Shown: piece by piece, positions 27,071 to 39,699 of the stretch
Layout: the number at the start of each line of letters is the position of its first letter
How positions within the stretch are numbered: position 1 is the stretch's first letter
NCBI RefSeq assembly: GCF_964204865.1
Contig: NC_135251.1
Span: 23,684,001-23,748,000 of the forward strand
Source: Styela clava
Taxonomy: Eukaryota
DNA length: 64,000 bases
Direction: 5' to 3'
Translations under genes and position numbers: made by a program
Notes under the pieces: model-generated
What the model was told of the DNA's origin: nothing
The model's database searches: none
Seen by the model: only the letters and a program-made list of their open reading frames with translations

Positions 27071-27269
27071 CGAATGATTCATTGCTTGAAACCGAGTGGA
27101 ATTCTGGTGTTCAATACGAGAAAAACGAAGGCAAACAAAGTTAAGTTTTGAAACTTAACGCAATGATGAAAGAACTTGTAGATATCGGCCAATTGAGCAA
27201 GATTGAAGTTAAAGAAGTGTTGCACTATCGAAGCAATTGCAATGAAACCGACGACGCCATGATGTGGCT
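27071..27269 (+). pseudogene. Isolated exon-like remnant with CARD-like pattern
   Basis: TTTTAG acceptor and GTATGT donor. Reads ...VQYEKNEGKQS*VLKLNAMMKELVDIGQLSKIEVKEVLHYRSNCNETDDAMMWL with one stop. Confidence 0.3.
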
Positions 27270-28868
27270 GTATGTATACAAAAAGTTGTGAATTTCGGGT
27301 TTCCCTAATATAATAAAAAGAAAAACGTAAATAGGTATTTTTCCAAAGTAGCTTAAAGAAATAAAGAAAAAATTAATTAACAAAATGCAGTTTAATTCAG
27401 GTTCATTTTACTATGTAGCAGATTGGTGAGGATGAGGTACATTAATACGACAAAATTATGTTGAATGTAAAACAATGATTATTTAAAAATTAGTAGGAGG
27501 TAGCCTACATGTTAAAATTTTTTAGAAATGAGTAATATTGTGGGAAGGCGAGGTTATGCTTCTAAATTAGAATAAAAAATTTATTCGTATATTGCCAAAC
27601 TCGATTATCAAACTGAGCAAATAAAAAATCTCCGTATCTTGTTACCTAGTCTTACTCTTAAATATGTGCTTATTAGACACTAAATGGACTTATGAATCGT
27701 TTTGTTATTGTGTTGTTGTTAGAGTTTGCTTCTTGTTGTTACGGTATGAAAAAATCTATTTTCCCATTAACTACTGGACTATTTTCCCATTAACTACTGG
27801 ACTATTTTCTTTGAGATTTTCAGTGGTTTAAGATCGTAATTTTAAAAGACTAGAAGGCTATTACTTCTATTTATTCCTACGTTTTCTATGAATCTTATGA
27901 GATCAGATATTTCATCCAAAATTCTGCTGTATTCTTTTTGTTCAAGGAAACATGGTTTTTAATCTTCCAATTGTGACTATAGCTGTGGATCGAATCATTT
28001 AGCACGTTGGCACAAAATGCATGAATCATTATTGTCATAGGACCTGGTAAAGCTGGGCAAGTCCGGGTACAGAACCGGTACTAGTACGATACTATGGTCC
28101 ACAAGTTTTGATACTGTAAGTGCCGAACATATCAAATATCTGGTAGTGAAGGAAAGTTTAAACACCATCAAATTGGCAAATTCTTCAAACTTGCTAATTG
28201 CTAACTTGCGGACAAATATTTTGAACTGGCATATTCTGGCTAAAATATTGGTAATGTCACTAATAATAGCAAGCGCTGTCATGACAGTAACAGTAATGGA
28301 AGTGTTGAGGAAGGTTGAATATAACCTGAATATCACGCATTATAATCATCTTAAACTTTCGCAAACACGAGCTAAGGATTCATGATGGAACATATAAAAT
28401 AGTTCTTTTGCATAGTGAGGGGAAATAGAGAGTTCCGAAATAGGCGAAATGAGGAATTTAACCAAAACATGTTGGCAACTGGTACATTAAACATTACTAT
28501 GCAACAAAACATTGGTGAATGCCGAACATTACTTGTCTGTCTGTCAACCTCATCTTGCACTGGTATATATATGGAATGCTAAAGTAGGTAAATGGATGCT
28601 GATTTAATAAACTATATACCTGTAACTTAACAAAAGGAACCGGCTTTAATAGTGGTTTTTAACATTCTTGTGGAGCTGAATCCATGCTTTTTGCTCAAAT
28701 TGACTGGTAGCTTACTTGGAGTATTGTACCAAACTTAGACATATATGGTATAGAAAAACAGGTACGGGATTTAGAAAATCGACATTTTTATAACATTCCT
28801 TTTTTGTGAACGTTGAAGTTAAGTCTTTTCTTTAAATTAATAGTCGAGTCCCCTTCCAGAGATAGTAG

Positions 28869-29248
28869 TTATTACTCATCGATCTCAATCGGTAAGTATG
28901 TTGATAGGTATTCGTCTGTTAGACACTTTCGTATGTTACGCGATATCTCACGAAAGCGAGGTTGAATCTGCTTCAAGTTTTGTATGTGCATTAATCATAT
29001 CTTGAACCAGAAGCCTATTGAGTATGGATGAATTATGTCGTATATTTAGAGTTATTGATCAATTAATGATGGGACACGCGGTGTCGCTATTGAGTCAGAG
29101 CGAATGAATCGAAACCGCAGTTTCTGTTTTGGGGGTTCCCCTAATTTTCGTTGCTGCGAACGATTGTGTGCCAACAATGCCCTATCCGTGATGTGGGGCG
29201 TTTACGTGCAAAGATCGATAAGCCGGCGGTCTCTGATTGCTATCTAGT
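28869..29248 (+). mobile_element. Helentron-associated / DINE-1-like non-autonomous element, copy 2
   Basis: Homologous to 25122-25350. Ends in a GC-rich segment followed by CTAGT. Confidence 0.7.
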
Positions 29249-29540
29249 GTTATTCGTTGATTCCATGCGGAGTCTGCAAGAAGATAGCTGGAGAGTGATT
29301 CACGGTTTCTGATCTCTGCACCATGGACTGGTGAATACCATAAAAAATACCATCGTGTCGATTACGGTACCTTTGAATATACAAACGAAGACGTTACGCA
29401 GACGTACACCAATGTAAAAGGATGCTGAATGTCTGATCAAAATATGCTGATCATCATTTACAGACATCGAGCTACGGTATAAAACCAGATAGAATGCACT
29501 TCTCCATCTGTCTTCGTCGCTGCGCTATTCCAGAAAAGCT

Positions 29541-29622
29541 TCGGACGAGGCCGTGATTCGCCTTATGGTTACGCCGTCTTGTCGGCTTTCCTCCCCCCAG
29601 ATAAACATGGAAATCCTATCCT
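29541..29622 (+). mobile_element. 3' fragment of the tRNA-SINE
   Basis: GGACGAGGCCGTGATTCGCC...GCCGTCTTGTCGGCTTTCC...AAATCCTATCCT matches the SINE 3' end. Confidence 0.8.
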
Positions 29623-30661
29623 AAACAAATGTGAATTGGAATGTACTGTTGTTGCCGAACAATTCTACGACTATCTGCGTTAAATATGGAGAGCTATCTA
29701 CTCCTAAAAAAAAAAGTTGGTACAAATTGAAGTTTCAATAAACGCCATACATTGATGCACAATATATATTTATTAGTGAGAATCAACAAACCACACACTG
29801 TGAAACATTAACTCTTATATAGCAGCAGATGAGTAATGCTGAAAACGACAAATTAAAATGCCAATATTGCACACAAAAGAATACATACAAATATATATAA
29901 CAAATATAAATTTGTGGATAATGAGATTACAAAACATATCTAGGTATATTTAAACACAACATTGCATCAAAATGTATTAAAAAATAGTTAAATTAGATTC
30001 ATTTTCCATCGTATAAGTGGCGTTAGTGGTGACAAATTTCGTTTAAAACAACAGGCAAACAAGATTTCATTTATTGTAAACTGTGAATTGGCAGTACGAT
30101 TTTGACCCTTATTTTGAATGGTCAAAATCTAAATAATTAGGTTACTTAGTACCAATACTATATCAAAATTCAACTACTGCTACTTTGAATGTTTCCGTAA
30201 AATTATATTCTGGAAGTCAAATAAAGACGGGCCATTCAATACAGATGTTATAGCTTAACTATCAGACTGAATAACCTAGTTTCAGACTGGAAGGCTTGTT
30301 TGCATAACCTATGTCAAACAACATGACCATTTATTTAGTATTTATGTGGTTCACACTTCTACACATTTTAGTCTGTAATACTAAGGTTTACTTCATCAGA
30401 TAAGCTTACAATAATCTACTAGCCCAAATGCAGTAGGAAATGAGCAGTAGTAGGAACATGCCACTTTGGCCAATCATATGAACATTTTGAACAGGGTAAT
30501 AATTTATTATATATTTTTAAATTTTTTTCTATCTGTATGTCACTGAAGCTGTTGGTGGAGATATCATTCCAAATTCCTGATTTTGCTCTATGATTCCAGA
30601 AACAATTTCTCAAAGCCATAATTCTTCACATACTATAATTCAGTTGTTAAAGCAAATTATT

Positions 30662-33600
30662 TCAGAGGTCTTCATCTGTGTCATAGTACGGTCCAGACAT
30701 CAAGTACTGTTGGATTTTAGGTGGAACAGAAATAGAAGGAATCAATTCCGCAACAACACAATTTCTTATTGTCATTCTGCACATGTATTTGAGAGACTTG
30801 ATTTTAGACATCCTCGAAATCGGAGTTAATAACCTGAAAACATATGCACTTTCGTTATTATAATAGGAAGTAACTTAACAAACAAGAAAAATTAAAACAC
30901 AACTAGAAGAAAGAAAATTTTATAGCAGAATAAACAATGGGTTGGTTACCTAATGCGTATAGGCTCAAAGAATATGAAAGCTGAAGCGGAAATGTTTCAA
31001 ATCTTATGCCAATCCTGCACCTACTAATAACGCTCAAAATCCTTATTAATTGAAAAGTTTTGGTAGCTATTGACACCATACCTCAGTCTCATTTACTCAG
31101 CGCGTAACCTTGATTTGAGCAAAGTTTCCTAAAAAAATCGAAAATATTTGGAAAGCCTTTCTGAAAATTGCATTTGTCAAGTACTGCTTTTCCAGTGAAA
31201 TTTGCCAATCTTGCATCTATGTCCTAATTTATATAAAACGCAAAAGCAATAAATACCGAAATATTTGAATATTGACATGTGAATGTCTTTAAATACAATA
31301 TGAATTACATAGCTATGACAAATTATGTCCACATAGTTAGCGAATATTGCCTACAATAACAAGCTAGGACGTTTTCGGCACATAAAGACATAACCGCAAA
31401 TTGCTTATGGTAAAAAAACATTTATTACCAGTAATGCTATAAATATGTAATGAACCAGAAAGTAAAAAATATGTACTTCGGTAATATAACATCTATTTAC
31501 AAATACATCATACAAAAGCACACACATGAACTGACAATCAGTATAGTTAGCAACCTTATTTGCACCGGTGGTTCGCCCATATTTTTTGGTTTGAGGAAAT
31601 ACAAGAAACTTCCTGATATAGAGTGCTTTACGGCCAGCTTGATGAACTGTTCAATATTTGAGTGGCGAACACATTGTGCGGCACTTCGGCTTACAGCACG
31701 ACCAGGTTCATAGAGTTGAAATTTTCCTGCGAGTACAAAATAAAAATATTGGAGAGTGGCAATACACAAAAGCTATACAATACACCATATGTATACTAAA
31801 ATGAACAATAGTAGTTCAAATCTATCGCAAATTTAACAAAAATTTTATAGGTTTTGCATCAACTGATGCTATTTGCAACTATGAAACTACGGTTTATGTT
31901 GATAGTAACTAATTAACACCGTTAATTTTACACATAAACTACTAAAAGTAAATAAAAATTCAAAGAAAAACTCATTTTTAGGATTAGAAGTATTTGGCAT
32001 TAACTGTATTTGTGATGTATGTTTACAAAATAGATACTAAAAATAACGCAATAAAGCTGATTAGAAAAGGCACTAATTTGAAAAAAATTTAAGCAAGAAA
32101 ATATTGACATTGTAGATTTTTGTATTTGATTTAATGTTTTGAATGACCATTTGATATAAAATTTGCCATTTGGAACAAAAGACAGACAATACGTCCACAG
32201 GGTGAATGAAATGTATAATTATGAATAGGGAATATGAATGATTTGCCTTCAAACACATGTTATTAGCATAATTGTAAATGACACTTTCTTCAGTGCTATA
32301 ATTGACTGCTGGAGGCTATAGTATGATTATCGACAGACATCCTGAGGTATGAAATCATGTTACAATTACTTGCATATTATGAAATTATTCTAGCGATGAC
32401 ACATTAATGAGTGCATAACTAAGCAATATTATGTTCATGTGACATAACATCCTGTCTCAAATTTCCTTGTTTTCGCTAATCTATGATAGCCATTATACTG
32501 AGCTATGCACTTTTCAACTTGTGATTAAAAAATGAAACAATAGAAATGTGGCACAAAAACCAGAGTTAGTAATGTGAAATTAACTTGGTCGACGATTTAT
32601 TTCAGCGTAATAAGGTATATCCTGATACAAAATTAAACAAAGGCTAATCAAATTACAAATAAACAGAATCCAAAAAAGAAAAAGCACATGTATAGCATTT
32701 AACCAGCCAAGACTGAATAATGTATTTTTTGTGCATCCTCAACCTAAAATACTGAAAATATGTGATATTGCGCCATAGTTAAGTAAAAAAAATTATAATT
32801 ATAAAAACCATAATAATTTCAAAGATCCGAATTTTTTCAGTGCACAAATATAAAAATGTTGTTTTAGCAAATAGGCCTATTTGAATTCTGTCATTAAGTA
32901 AATCCTAAACATGATCTCATTGTGGAAACTAGTTTCGCTAGAAAAGCAAATTTTCTAACAGAGATTTTCATAATTATTTCATTTGCCTACTCAAATCTTA
33001 TCATTGAGAGAATCTTACAAATGATCTCATTGTGGAAACTAGTTTTGTTAGAAAAGCAAATATTCATAATTATTCCTATAATCAATATTTATGTGAATTA
33101 TATTTTAACCCCCTGCAAGCACTGCAAGAACCACAAGATATTAAAAATCAAATCATGTGAAACTAACAACGAAATCACAGGCATTCACGGTACTAATCAT
33201 TAAATGTTCATTATTAGTATTAAAAAAAATTCAAACCTTCACAATATTCTACACGGATATGATGTACGGTGTTGGTTGTTGAACGCACAGTGATTGTTAG
33301 AAGATGGAGAGGATTCTGGCTGTCACGCATCAAAAATACTCCTTCAAAATATGAAAATTTGTATGTATTAGTCATACAGAACATGATTCAAAACCCAGTT
33401 AGCTAGGTTTGTTAATTACATTCACAAGTAACTAAATAGTACCTTGAATATTTAGCTTAAGTATATGTTTGACCAGAAGACTTACTTAATTAAATAAAAA
33501 AGGGTTTTACAATAATAAGTCAAATGTTTGAAATTGCTGTTTACAGAAACTTGTATTCTGAATATATGAGATGAAATTTGGCATACACTATTAGTTTAGA

Positions 33601-34838
33601 CTAGAGCAAATGAAATCTATATGAAATTATGCAACAATATGACAGGGTTTCTCAAAGTGAGCCCCCAAAGGGCTCCTTTTCCATTGGAGAGCAGGGGAGC
33701 ATGCAGTGGTGAGAGTCTTTGGGAGGGAGCTACCAATCTTGATAGTTTGAGAACAACTGCACAATGACATCATAATAGAGAAATTACCTTCGCCTTCCTT
33801 CTGTGTAAGTAGAGCTTCGGCTTCTTGCCATGTCATGTTTCCCCAATACCATCCACATTTTTTGAGCAATAATAAGTTTTCTGCCAATTTCGCATGAGGT
33901 AAGTTGGTATTTACTCCCGCTTCAACAGGCAACTCATGTGGAATTATATCATTGTTTTCAGTATCATTTTCATTTGACAATGTCCTAACAACAGGTCTAT
34001 TCGGGATTGGTGGTGCTGTAGCATTTCTGTCCACATCTGGGATAGATTCATATAGAGGAAGCGAGTGTCGCCTAAGCGCTGTATCAAATGTCAAATCAGT
34101 AGGATTGATGGTTAAGGGAGGACTGTGTGCACCATAATTATGTCGCCTAGTGTCATGGGTGTTACCAGAGGGAATATTGTGTTGTATAGGTACAGGAAGA
34201 TCATCTGCCTCTGCCAGATTCAATAAATGTTCGTCAACACTTTTGCGTAAATTTTCAAAATATTCCTGATCAAGCTTATAGCGTTGTTTTACAGCTTCAT
34301 CATTTACGACTCGTGGAGGTAGTGGAGGTGGTACACCATCCTTATTAAAATACTGCAATCTTGGAGGCTTATTGGGCAGTGGTGGGGGAATGCTTCCATT
34401 TAGTTTTGACTGCAAATCGATAGTCTGATAAACATGTCTTTGTCGTTTATCACGCAAAATATATTTTGGTTTAGGAGGTATAGCAGGCTTTATTGACTTG
34501 TTGGACATCAACTCAGAATTCAAACAATTCCCAACTTGTGCTTCAGTGTTGGAGCTCTGACCTGCTCCTTCATGAATATTTTTTTTATCATCATTTCTAA
34601 GGGGGACAATGTCATGATATATATGCCTCCTTTCACGTTTTTTGAAATTATTTCCTGGTATTGCTGAATGAGAAATTGTCCATGGCGTCACTGATATATT
34701 TTCCGCCGTGTGTGTTTTGGATTGATCCTCATTGATTGGAGCATGCAATGGACTAGAGACTTTTCTTCTTGCACCACTACCAACCATTTCATCTACAGTA
34801 ACATGTGGGGTTGAAGATGAAGTGTGCCCATCCAGCAT
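30662..34838 (-). CDS. SOCS7: Suppressor of cytokine signaling 7-like (Pro-rich N-terminus, SH2, SOCS box), 4 coding exons
   Basis: Exons 34838-33788, 33341-33237, 31726-31555, 30833-30662. They encode CGWYWGNMTWQEAE, GVFLMRDS, HHIRVEY, HSISGSFLYFL and PISRMSKIKSLKYMCRMTIR...PPKIQQYL..YYD. The FLYFL segment is SOCS7-like. Confidence 0.9.
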
Positions 34839-34974
34839 TACTTTTACCAATAACGTAAAATGACACCTATACAGTCTAGCAAGACATATCAAAAAAAAAA
34901 ATTTAAAACAAACTGACCAAAGTAATCGATATAATTCAATGTAGCGCTTTAACATTCGAGAACAACTATGTGAT

Positions 34975-35255
34975 CAGCAGTGTGGCGCATCATGCTCAGC
35001 ATTTGGGTTACACTTGCCATAGAACCCCTTGATTATCCTGTTCGGTTCGCAAGTTACAATCATGTGGGAGTTGATTAGGTGCGAGAGGATTGCTGGACTC
35101 CCTGCCTTGGTTACGGTTCTTCCACAATCAAGGTCATGCATCTGAAAACAAAATAACTAGCCAACTAATCCCATACGTGACATGGACTAGTAACCACTGG
35201 CCATCTTACAGTCTTATCGAATTTCCTCTTCCCCTTGATATGTAAATCCTATCCT
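34975..35255 (+). mobile_element. Diverged tRNA-SINE copy
   Basis: Shares GCGAGAGGATTGCTGGACTCC, GGTTACGG and the GTAAATCCTATCCT tail with the 24669 copy. Confidence 0.8.
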
Positions 35256-35673
35256 TTTTACACTCTTACTCGTGCATTAAAGTGAAATTACAGGAAACCA
35301 ATAGGGTGGTTTGGCCTCTTTGAGATCCTTACAAATCTTCAATACCCTAATTAATATCAAAAATATGAAAAAGGGGTGTCTATAGGCAGGGTTGTCCAAA
35401 ACAAAAGAGTCGCAGTTCTTACCACTTTATGGCAGCTCCAGCCACGAACGAACCGATGGCAGCTCTCGCTGTGATTACGGCGCTATTATCGGTATATTCA
35501 CAAAGTCATGTACCAGATTTAAGTTTAACATGTGGGATATTATCTACTTAAACCTGAAACCTAACTCCAAATCCATCGAAACTGTATTCATAAAAAAGTA
35601 TTCAAATAACTTTTCGACTGATTTTCGAATAATAGACACTTTCCGCCGTCAGCGATTTTGTCAGTGTCAGAAT

Positions 35674-36110
35674 GGGTCTCATGTAGTTTCGTACCTAACG
35701 TACTTCTAGTGCAGTAGTGGGTGTAGCATAAAAATTTTTTCATGTGTCAATCCTATCCCCCACCTGACTACGCCATTCAAAAATTACGTCACTACAACGT
35801 GACGTAATAGAGCCCTTCAAACTATACGAAGTGGCATCCATAACGCGCAGATGACCACCCGAAATCGAACAGCTATTTCTTTGGTTTTTTCAGCAGCGAT
35901 CCCAATATGACTGTATGAGAGAGCTCGATGACGTCAGTCACTTTTTATCGTCGGCGCCTATGCCGTTTCAGGCGATCTTACGTATATTTGGCAAGCTCTA
36001 TGACATAATTTTCGGATGGCGTAGTCAGGTGGGAGTTAAGATTGACATGTCAAATAACTTTTATTCTATGCCCACTAAAAGTACGTTAGGTACAAAACTA
36101 CATGAGACCC
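35674..36110. mobile_element. MITE with ~120-bp TIRs and perfect 8-bp TSD (Merlin-like termini)
   Basis: GGGTCTCATGTAGTTTCGTACCTAACGTACTT... / ...AAGTACGTTAGGTACAAAACTACATGAGACCC, with TSD GTCAGAAT at 35666-35673 and 36111-36118. Confidence 0.92.
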
Positions 36111-36655
36111 GTCAGAATGTGCAGAAAAAATAACAATATACATAATCATATTACACTATTACAGTATTATATTTTGTCAGAACTTATTAAAAATTTTATG
36201 TTATAGACCTAAGTTATAAATATTAAAACCATACGGCAGTAAGGGTATGATTAAAATGCAAAGATAAGATAAGACAAATCACACTCGAATTTAACTAAGG
36301 TACCGTATGAATTATGATAGATTGATACGGTAGTAGCACCATAGCTCATAAGGTCAAATAAATAAAATATCCCATACAGCCATAACACAGTACAGCAGTA
36401 ACAACATAAACTGATATAACACCTTCTGCAGTACCGGTATTTGCAATAAAATCCAAAATTAGAAAAAAAATTTACAATTTCTAAATATGCCAATGTACCG
36501 TCACTGGTAACGTACAGTAACGACTACCGGTAATCAATTAATTTTTAATTCAACGTAATACGGTACCCCTTGAACTATTCCCTTCTTTATTAAACTTCAT
36601 CGAACTGCAGAACTGACCAAGACTTTTTTTTCAAAGCAAACCAATCACAACAAAA

Positions 36656-36663
36656 TTTTTTTA

Positions 36664-36694
<31 letters not shown>

Positions 36695-38480
36695 CCACAA
36701 TGTGGTTTATGCAATATATAAAAATCATAAAATAATAAATGAACAACAATAACCAAGTATACAAAAATAACAAAGCATTTCATTACAGTCCATTGATTGT
36801 ATTGTCCATAGTATCCCATTGCCATTGATATGTCCATCATGTAATTTCCATAATCCATAATGTTTGATCATTATTTATATTTTTTAGTATTAATTATTAA
36901 AAAAAAAAATTTTAATATCTATTAGTTTTGATACTATATATCACATCGTTAAAAATTCACAAGTTATTATAAATGATATCTAGTTCTCTTGTAAAATTAG
37001 GATATTGTCTCAACTTTTCTATATTTCTTCTTGCTATAAGTGACTTCTTAATTTTCATGATTACATTGCTAACATTTGGATTAACTTTTTGAAAAATTAC
37101 TGTATTCCTTTCAAGCCAAATTTTGTGTCTGGCAGTGCAAAATAATAATATTATAGCATTCCGTTCTATTTTGGACAAATGTGAATAACATAGGTGAGTT
37201 AAATCTAGTAAAATACAAGTCTTGTAATTATTATTCAGTACACAATGATTGATTTTTAATGCAACAGAAAAAATATAATCAAAAACATTTTGCGTAAAAG
37301 GACATTTCCAAAATAAATGAGAAACAAACTCAGGTTCTTGTGTGCAAAACACACATAAATCATTCCCAGAAATATGTTTAATTCTGGGCTTTACTTTAAC
37401 AGAAAGAATATCCCACATTAATTTAAAATTGTAAGTTTTTATGTTATTGGACAATATCTTACAATGTATTTCAGAGCAGGCTCCTTCAATTGTACCATTA
37501 CGAAGAAATACAATTCTGTTTCCGCCCTTCAATTTATTCACAATTTTATTATATAGTACCCTATGTTTTCCTTGTTTTAAATCATCCCCGGTTATGTTAT
37601 ATTGTCTAAGAAAATTAAGCAACTCTCCATAATATTTATAAGGAAAAAAAGCATGTGTCACATTATTATTAATCGGTAAATTAAGTAATAAACAAAGTTG
37701 TTGTCCAATATTATATTCAATAATATTGAATACTGATTGTCTACAATACTCAATTTTGTTACTAATCCTATCACAATAATAGTCGAATGCAGCCATTACA
37801 TATAAACACATAGTAAATAAAGGAATATTTATCATGTCATAGCCTCCAACAGCCTTGTTTTTGCACAGTGTCTCAAATTTCAATATGTTTCTGCCATTAA
37901 ATATAAACTTTTCTACAATTTCATTCACTTGTTTTGCAATTTTTAATGGGATGGGATATAATCTTGCACAGTATAAAAACAAAGGTAGAATTTTCAATTT
38001 TATTATCAGACATTTTCCATCTAATGATAATGGAATATTTGAAAGTTCATCTATTACAGTTTTTGCATTACCGGTATCTAAACAGTATTGCCAGTTTTCA
38101 TCGCTGGTATCATGATTTGAAACCACCACTCCAAGTATGTTTAAAGTCAAGACAACAGGTACTTGTGAAAAAAAATTAGGATTGCTCCATATTCCTAATT
38201 TTAAAAGTTTAGTCTTCTCTATGTTCAACTTCATTCCAGTTGCTAATTTGAATCTTGTCATCAAATCCATTGCAGAATATACAGAGCTTTTGTTACATAG
38301 AGTCAATGTGACATCGTCTGCATAACTAATGTGTTTAATTTCTCTGTTGTGTGGTATTTTTAAGCCAATAATTTCTTTATGGGAATTAATTTTAATTAGG
38401 AGAGGTTCAATTGCTATGATAAATAAAAATAAACTTAACGGATCTCCTTGACGAATTCCTCTATCAAGCTTTATAGTTTC
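36656..38480 (-). mobile_element. 5'-truncated L1/Tx1-type non-LTR retrotransposon
   Basis: Open frame ~38480-36957 with RT motifs RGIRQGDPLS and YADD, KLNIEKTK, and a C-terminal CxxC...HLFWKC zinc knuckle. 3' UTR then poly(A) (T-run 36656-36688). Confidence 0.95.
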
Positions 38481-39591
38481 TATCTATCAAGCTATATAGT
38501 TATATATATATATATATATATAATTATATATAATATAATTTTTTTAAGTCTGACCATGACTGCGGGGTGATTGATAATTTTTCCCCTTACAGTGCCAACT
38601 AGTGTCCATGTCCATCCAAGAAAGTGCCTAGTATGTACAATGTACATTACATATTTTATTTCGATTCATTCGTAAAAAACAATGTACAGAAAAATATTAC
38701 AGCGAAGAAACTGGGAAGTTGACAAATTCTAAAAATATTTTAAAACGTCCAAAACGTTGTCACTCGCGAAAGGGAAAACAAATCACAACAAACCTAAACA
38801 AATAAACTTGAATATAGATAGCGGGAGTCCCCCTAAATGTAAAAATCGAATTACAGTTTAATTGCAATGCGCTATTTGTTTTTCTCAGATAGAAGTGAAA
38901 ATATTGTGGAAATAAAAGTCAATATTACTTCTGAAATATGTCTGATCCAGAATCCCGATCTTGAGATTACTCGAGGCCGATAAAATAAAGAAAACGATCC
39001 ATATGAACAATTCGTGTAGGCTACAATAAAATGGATTGAACTCGTCCCGTAGCATTGACAATACAAATGTCACCGTTTCAACGCTCGTTTGCGGAAAAGT
39101 TGTCCTTGCAGCATCACTACAACACTATATACTGGGCGTCCATTTAGGTCTTGTTTCGAATCAAACACTTTATTACAATATCCAATTATAATTTTTTGAA
39201 ATCGTTGAGAAGCTCTATGAACACCCCTTATACAAAGCTTCAGTGATATGTATTGATTATATTCCGAATATTCTCAGTACGGGCTTGAAAAAAATACAAC
39301 AGTTATTTATGGTGTGATTTTTTTGGTACTAAAACTCATGAACCGCATACGAAAAAATACGATTGAAAAGCTTTCGGACAAAATTTCCTTATTGTTTCGT
39401 CACCTGCAAATTGCAGGTGGATATTTCGCTTCAACAACTAAAGAACAAAGAAACTAGAGTTTTAAAAATATCTCTTAACAATTCAGAGTACACAAATGAA
39501 AATTAAAAGAATATTTATTTTATCATACTTTCGAGAAATCGATTGCTGCTAATAACGGTGCCAAATAAAAAGCAAAACCCAGATAGTAGTG

Positions 39592-39599
39592 TGACGTCA
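39592..39599. promoter_or_regulatory. Perfect CRE (TGACGTCA), also at 45360-45367 and 51142-51149
   Basis: GTGTGACGTCATAAT is conserved ~100-110 bp upstream of each ATG, even though the flank of copy 1 is diverged. Confidence 0.6.
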
Positions 39600-39699
39600 T
39601 AATGTATATTGTTTATCAATAATTGAGATAAATGTATTAAATCGTGGTAAATTCTAGATTTTATAATTCTGCAACTTCGAACTGGTAAAACAGGTCAAA

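Noticed and set aside
27995-28560. Cluster of short ORFs on both strands
   Set aside because: No recognisable motif or consistent exon chain.
32908-33062. ~45-bp duplication in a SOCS7 intron
   Set aside because: Ordinary local duplication with no sign of function.
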